A stretch of 64,000 nucleotides of DNA, from positions 8,928,001-8,992,000 of the forward strand of contig OZ024758.1 in the NCBI GenBank assembly GCA_964016885.1, written 5' to 3'. The notes beneath the pieces are model-generated. The model was given only the letters and a program-made list of their open reading frames with translations, had not been told where the DNA came from and made no database searches. This DNA is from Eledone cirrhosa. Its lineage: Eukaryota. Made by a program: the position numbers and the translations under genes. Shown in pieces: positions 60,783 to 64,000 of this stretch (position 1 is its first letter; the number at the start of each line of letters is the position of its first letter).

Positions 60783-62059
60783 TATATAGTAAATCTAACG
60801 TAATGGCCTTCACGCTCCAAAGTTATGAGTTCGCATCCTGTATGGTGCCAGAAAATGAATTTTATTACGGTTTCATACATTGAAGACATTTAAAACAATA
60901 CTTTATTAAATAATATACAGGTAATATCATAAATTGCTACTTTAGGTTATAAGAGCGCTTCCTCTGTGTCAGATAATTCTGGAAAAAGAATGATCAATTT
61001 AAACAGAAAGACGGGAGGCGATCACAGTTAGAACGACTTTGATCAGAGGTCATTTCGACCATGGATGATCGAACTACAATAACTACAAGCTAAACTAAAA
61101 TATCAACAATAACACACCACTACATGTCAATATCTAGAGTTCTTGCTTAAAATCCCAGTTACCTCCCCTGTTTCTCATGCATTTCTTTTAACATAATTTT
61201 TACTTGTGTCATCTAATTATTGATGAGAACCATATATTTACCCTTTTACTGAATTCAGCCATTGGACTGCGGCCATGCTGGGACACCATATCACGGGGTT
61301 TTAGCAGATTATATTGATCCTACTATTTATTTTATCGATTTCAATCCAATTGTTGAATTACCCTTTGAAATAAAGGGAGGCAACTCGGCACAGTACACAA
61401 GTCAACATGAGGGCTTCTACGTGGTCTCACGACTGGCTAAAATTGGCAGTAGAATCTCCCTCAAATTACGCTCTACCACCTTTAAAAAAGAGGACATATA
61501 GTCCTGCGTTTCTTGCATTTAGGAGATAGAATAGTCTTGGCTGGAATGCTCTTAAATATAGGTCTGCAGCTAAACAACAATAAACACTCATTCACAATGT
61601 ATACACACATATCCTCCTCATTATTAGAGTTGCCCATTGTAACAACATGAAGTATGTTTGCTACACTTAAAACATCTTGACATTTGTATAACAATGAAAG
61701 TCTAAATAAAGACGCATTAGACAATGAGGTCTTTGATATACAGAGAAAATAGTGTGGTCATGGCTGGATTGTCTTTGATTATAGGTCTACTTGTTCAAAT
61801 AACAACATTAATATCAGGCTATATGAAGTAGAAACTGCTTAATATTTTCACTTTGAAACGAAGTTGTTCCAATAACAATAAGCAGGTGATAGCAATAACC
61901 AGCTGATAACATTAAGCACAAGATATAGTGTTATTAAAAACATTTGAATCTAATAAGTAGATAATGTTTTAATCCATTTTAAATATAGTATTTGTAACCA
62001 CTAATTTTGATAACCAAAGCCATTTGATAACATTCTCCATGATTATAATATTAATATTG

Positions 62060-62210
62060 CCAACCACACAATATCTCCATCACTCCCAACACCAATATCT
62101 CCATCACTCCATCACTCCCAACACCAATATCTCCATCACTCCATCAATCCCAACACCAATATCTCCATCATTCCCAACACGAATATCTCCATCTGCATCA
62201 CTCCCAGCAT
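62060..62210. repeat. Degenerate minisatellite (caacaccaatatctccatcactcc)
   Basis: About 5 imperfect copies. Confidence 0.85.
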
Positions 62211-62321
62211 ATAATTCAATTCCTCCACTACCATCACCACATCTGTCATCTACTATCATCAGCATACACATACCATGTGTTCATAGTTAATTGTAATCCA
62301 CAGTAATTGTAGTGATTATGT

Positions 62322-62620
62322 GAAGGTGCATGAGTGAGTTAGTGGATAAAGTGTTTAGCTCATGATTGTAAACTTGTGAGTTCCATTCCGGGAGGTGCAC
62401 TGGGTCCTTTAACAAGACATTTTATTTCACATTGTTCTGGTTCACACAACTGACAAAAATGAGTTGTATGTGTAATTCAGAGAGTCAGCCTTGTCATACA
62501 GTGTCTCCTGTTGAATCTCCCTGAGAATTATGTTATGGGTACACGTATCTGTGGAATACTCAGCCACTTAGACGTTAATTTCATGCACAGGCTGTTTAGT
62601 CGTTCCAAAAACTGGAACAT
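62322..62620 (+). mobile_element. tRNA-derived SINE, degraded
   Basis: SINE head and acattttatttcacattg core. Confidence 0.7.
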
Positions 62621-62698
62621 TCATTCTCTTCTTCTTCATCATCAACATTAGAGATACCATGTTTTTTTAAATACTGTTTTCCAATTAATGTTTTGTAG

Positions 62699-62750
62699 AA
62701 CCTTCCAATGGCCAAGATAATATTGGACAAACAAAGCAGCCATCTTTAAG
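62699..62750 (+). CDS. C12orf43: CUSTOS exon 2 (KPSNGQDNIGQTKQPSLR)
   Basis: 52 nt, ttttgtag|...AG|gtatga; QPSLR motif as in CUSTOS; phase 1-2 fits exons 1 and 3. Confidence 0.88.
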
Positions 62751-62981
62751 GTATGAAAATAATTTTGGTTACTCCTGTGATGTCATTTGTCTTATGTTAT
62801 CAAATGGTTGGAGGTATGGCTGAATAGTTAATGTTTGCTTAACAATTATTAGGTCCCAGCTCTGACTCTACAACACTGCACCTTGGATGATGATGATACT
62901 GTAGATTATCATCATTGTTCTTATCATTATAACTTTCTCACCACTGTTAATTCATTATATTTCATTAAACTTATATTTCAG

Positions 62982-63077
62982 ACAGAACCAAAAGGACGAA
63001 ACTGATTATAAGCAGCTACACACCACTCCAAGCTTTCAAATACATATTGCTAAAAAACTTTCACACATCTTAGACAA
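62982..63077 (+). CDS. C12orf43: CUSTOS exon 3 (QNQKDETDYKQLHTTPSFQIHIAKKLSHILDK)
   Basis: 96 nt, atttcag|...|gtgagt; matches conserved CUSTOS block [21 protein letters not shown]. Confidence 0.92.
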
Positions 63078-63897
63078 GTGAGTTCACTGTATTAAAATTA
63101 TTATTTTTTTAGAAAGTTTCAGGGAAATTTAGAATTTAAAAATATATTTTGTTGTAATTCACAGAATCTTGTTTCTCCTATTTTACATCCATTTATCTAT
63201 GTTTGCATGGGTAACATTTGCTTTTTTTTTTATCTTGAAGCAATTCTATTATTCATTCCTAACTGTCAAATTCTTATGAAGCAAACAAATGGAAAATCAT
63301 TTTAATCAGCCAGAAAAATGTGAGCAACTAGTGTTATGTACCTTGCTCATTAGGGACCTTATGACTATATGTGCCACTGTCCAGCACCCTAACATCGCCT
63401 TCTTTGTGCTTAATGATTTAGAATCTAATTTTCAATTTCAACCAAGGTTAGCAATGAATGTTTGTAATAAAATAGTTTAAAATATTTTCCATTGATCATT
63501 CTTTCTTCTAAAGAGATAGTTATGTGCTACATTGAAACAACATTGCCATACATAACAACAACAACAACATTCCTCTCAGGAATAAATGGGCAAAGAAGTC
63601 ATTTGAATATTTCTTAGAAATAAATTACAGTAAGCCATAGAATTTATCTGCAGTTGGAGTAATGGTTTCAGAGTCAGTTAGCAGACAGAACATTTGTGGA
63701 ATAGTTTCTCACTCACTTGACCATTGTAATGGATGTATATATGTGAATACAGCAATGATTAGATCTTTGATCCAAAGATGGGCAAGTGTCAGTTATCATA
63801 AGTTCAGGCCGATCCATGCCTTGTGATGAAATATTCCAAGAGCTTGTTTTTACTGTAAACTATATTCCAAGCAAGAAATTTTACAATTGTTTCACAG

Positions 63898-63944
63898 ATT
63901 AAACTTCAAAAGCCTCTTATTTAACAACCAGCTCATGTCATCAG
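63898..63944 (+). CDS. C12orf43: Tentative CUSTOS exon 4 (KLNFKSLLFNNQLMSSG)
   Basis: ttgtttcacag|...CAG|gtacgt, phase 2-1, in frame with exon 3; no recognisable homology. Confidence 0.4.
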
Positions 63945-64000
63945 GTACGTAGACTTAATCCATCACCTGGTTTAATACCACCTCTTGGCCCATGGGGGCA

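Overview
AT-rich, repeat-dense eukaryotic DNA. The SINE and LINE repertoire resembles octopod cephalopod genomes (inference). The window holds two spliced genes arranged head-to-head, with start codons about 980 bp apart. (1) A MORC2 orthologue on the minus strand: ATG at 39606, 17 coding exons traced by hand with consistent phases down to 154, running off the left edge. It encodes a GHKL ATPase, coiled coil, S5 fold and CW zinc finger, and has one probable GC-AG intron and two micro-exons (20 and 25 nt). (2) A CUSTOS/C12orf43-like gene on the plus strand: ATG at 40586, exons 2-3 at 62.7-63.1 kb and a tentative exon 4, running off the right edge. Both first introns are about 22 kb and packed with tRNA-derived SINEs, RTE/Tx1/CRE LINE fragments, MITEs and minisatellites. 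Most entries in the ORF track are repeat artefacts. The most interesting non-genic signals are (TA)n-embedded palindromic elements with hammerhead-ribozyme-like cores (Penelope/retrozyme-like), a G-U-biased 93-nt intronic hairpin, inverted SINE pairs flanking MORC2 exons, and a candidate nested antisense two-exon ORF. I found no clear evidence of a wholly new multi-gene system. Repeat boundaries are approximate, and family assignments come from recalled motifs, not database searches.
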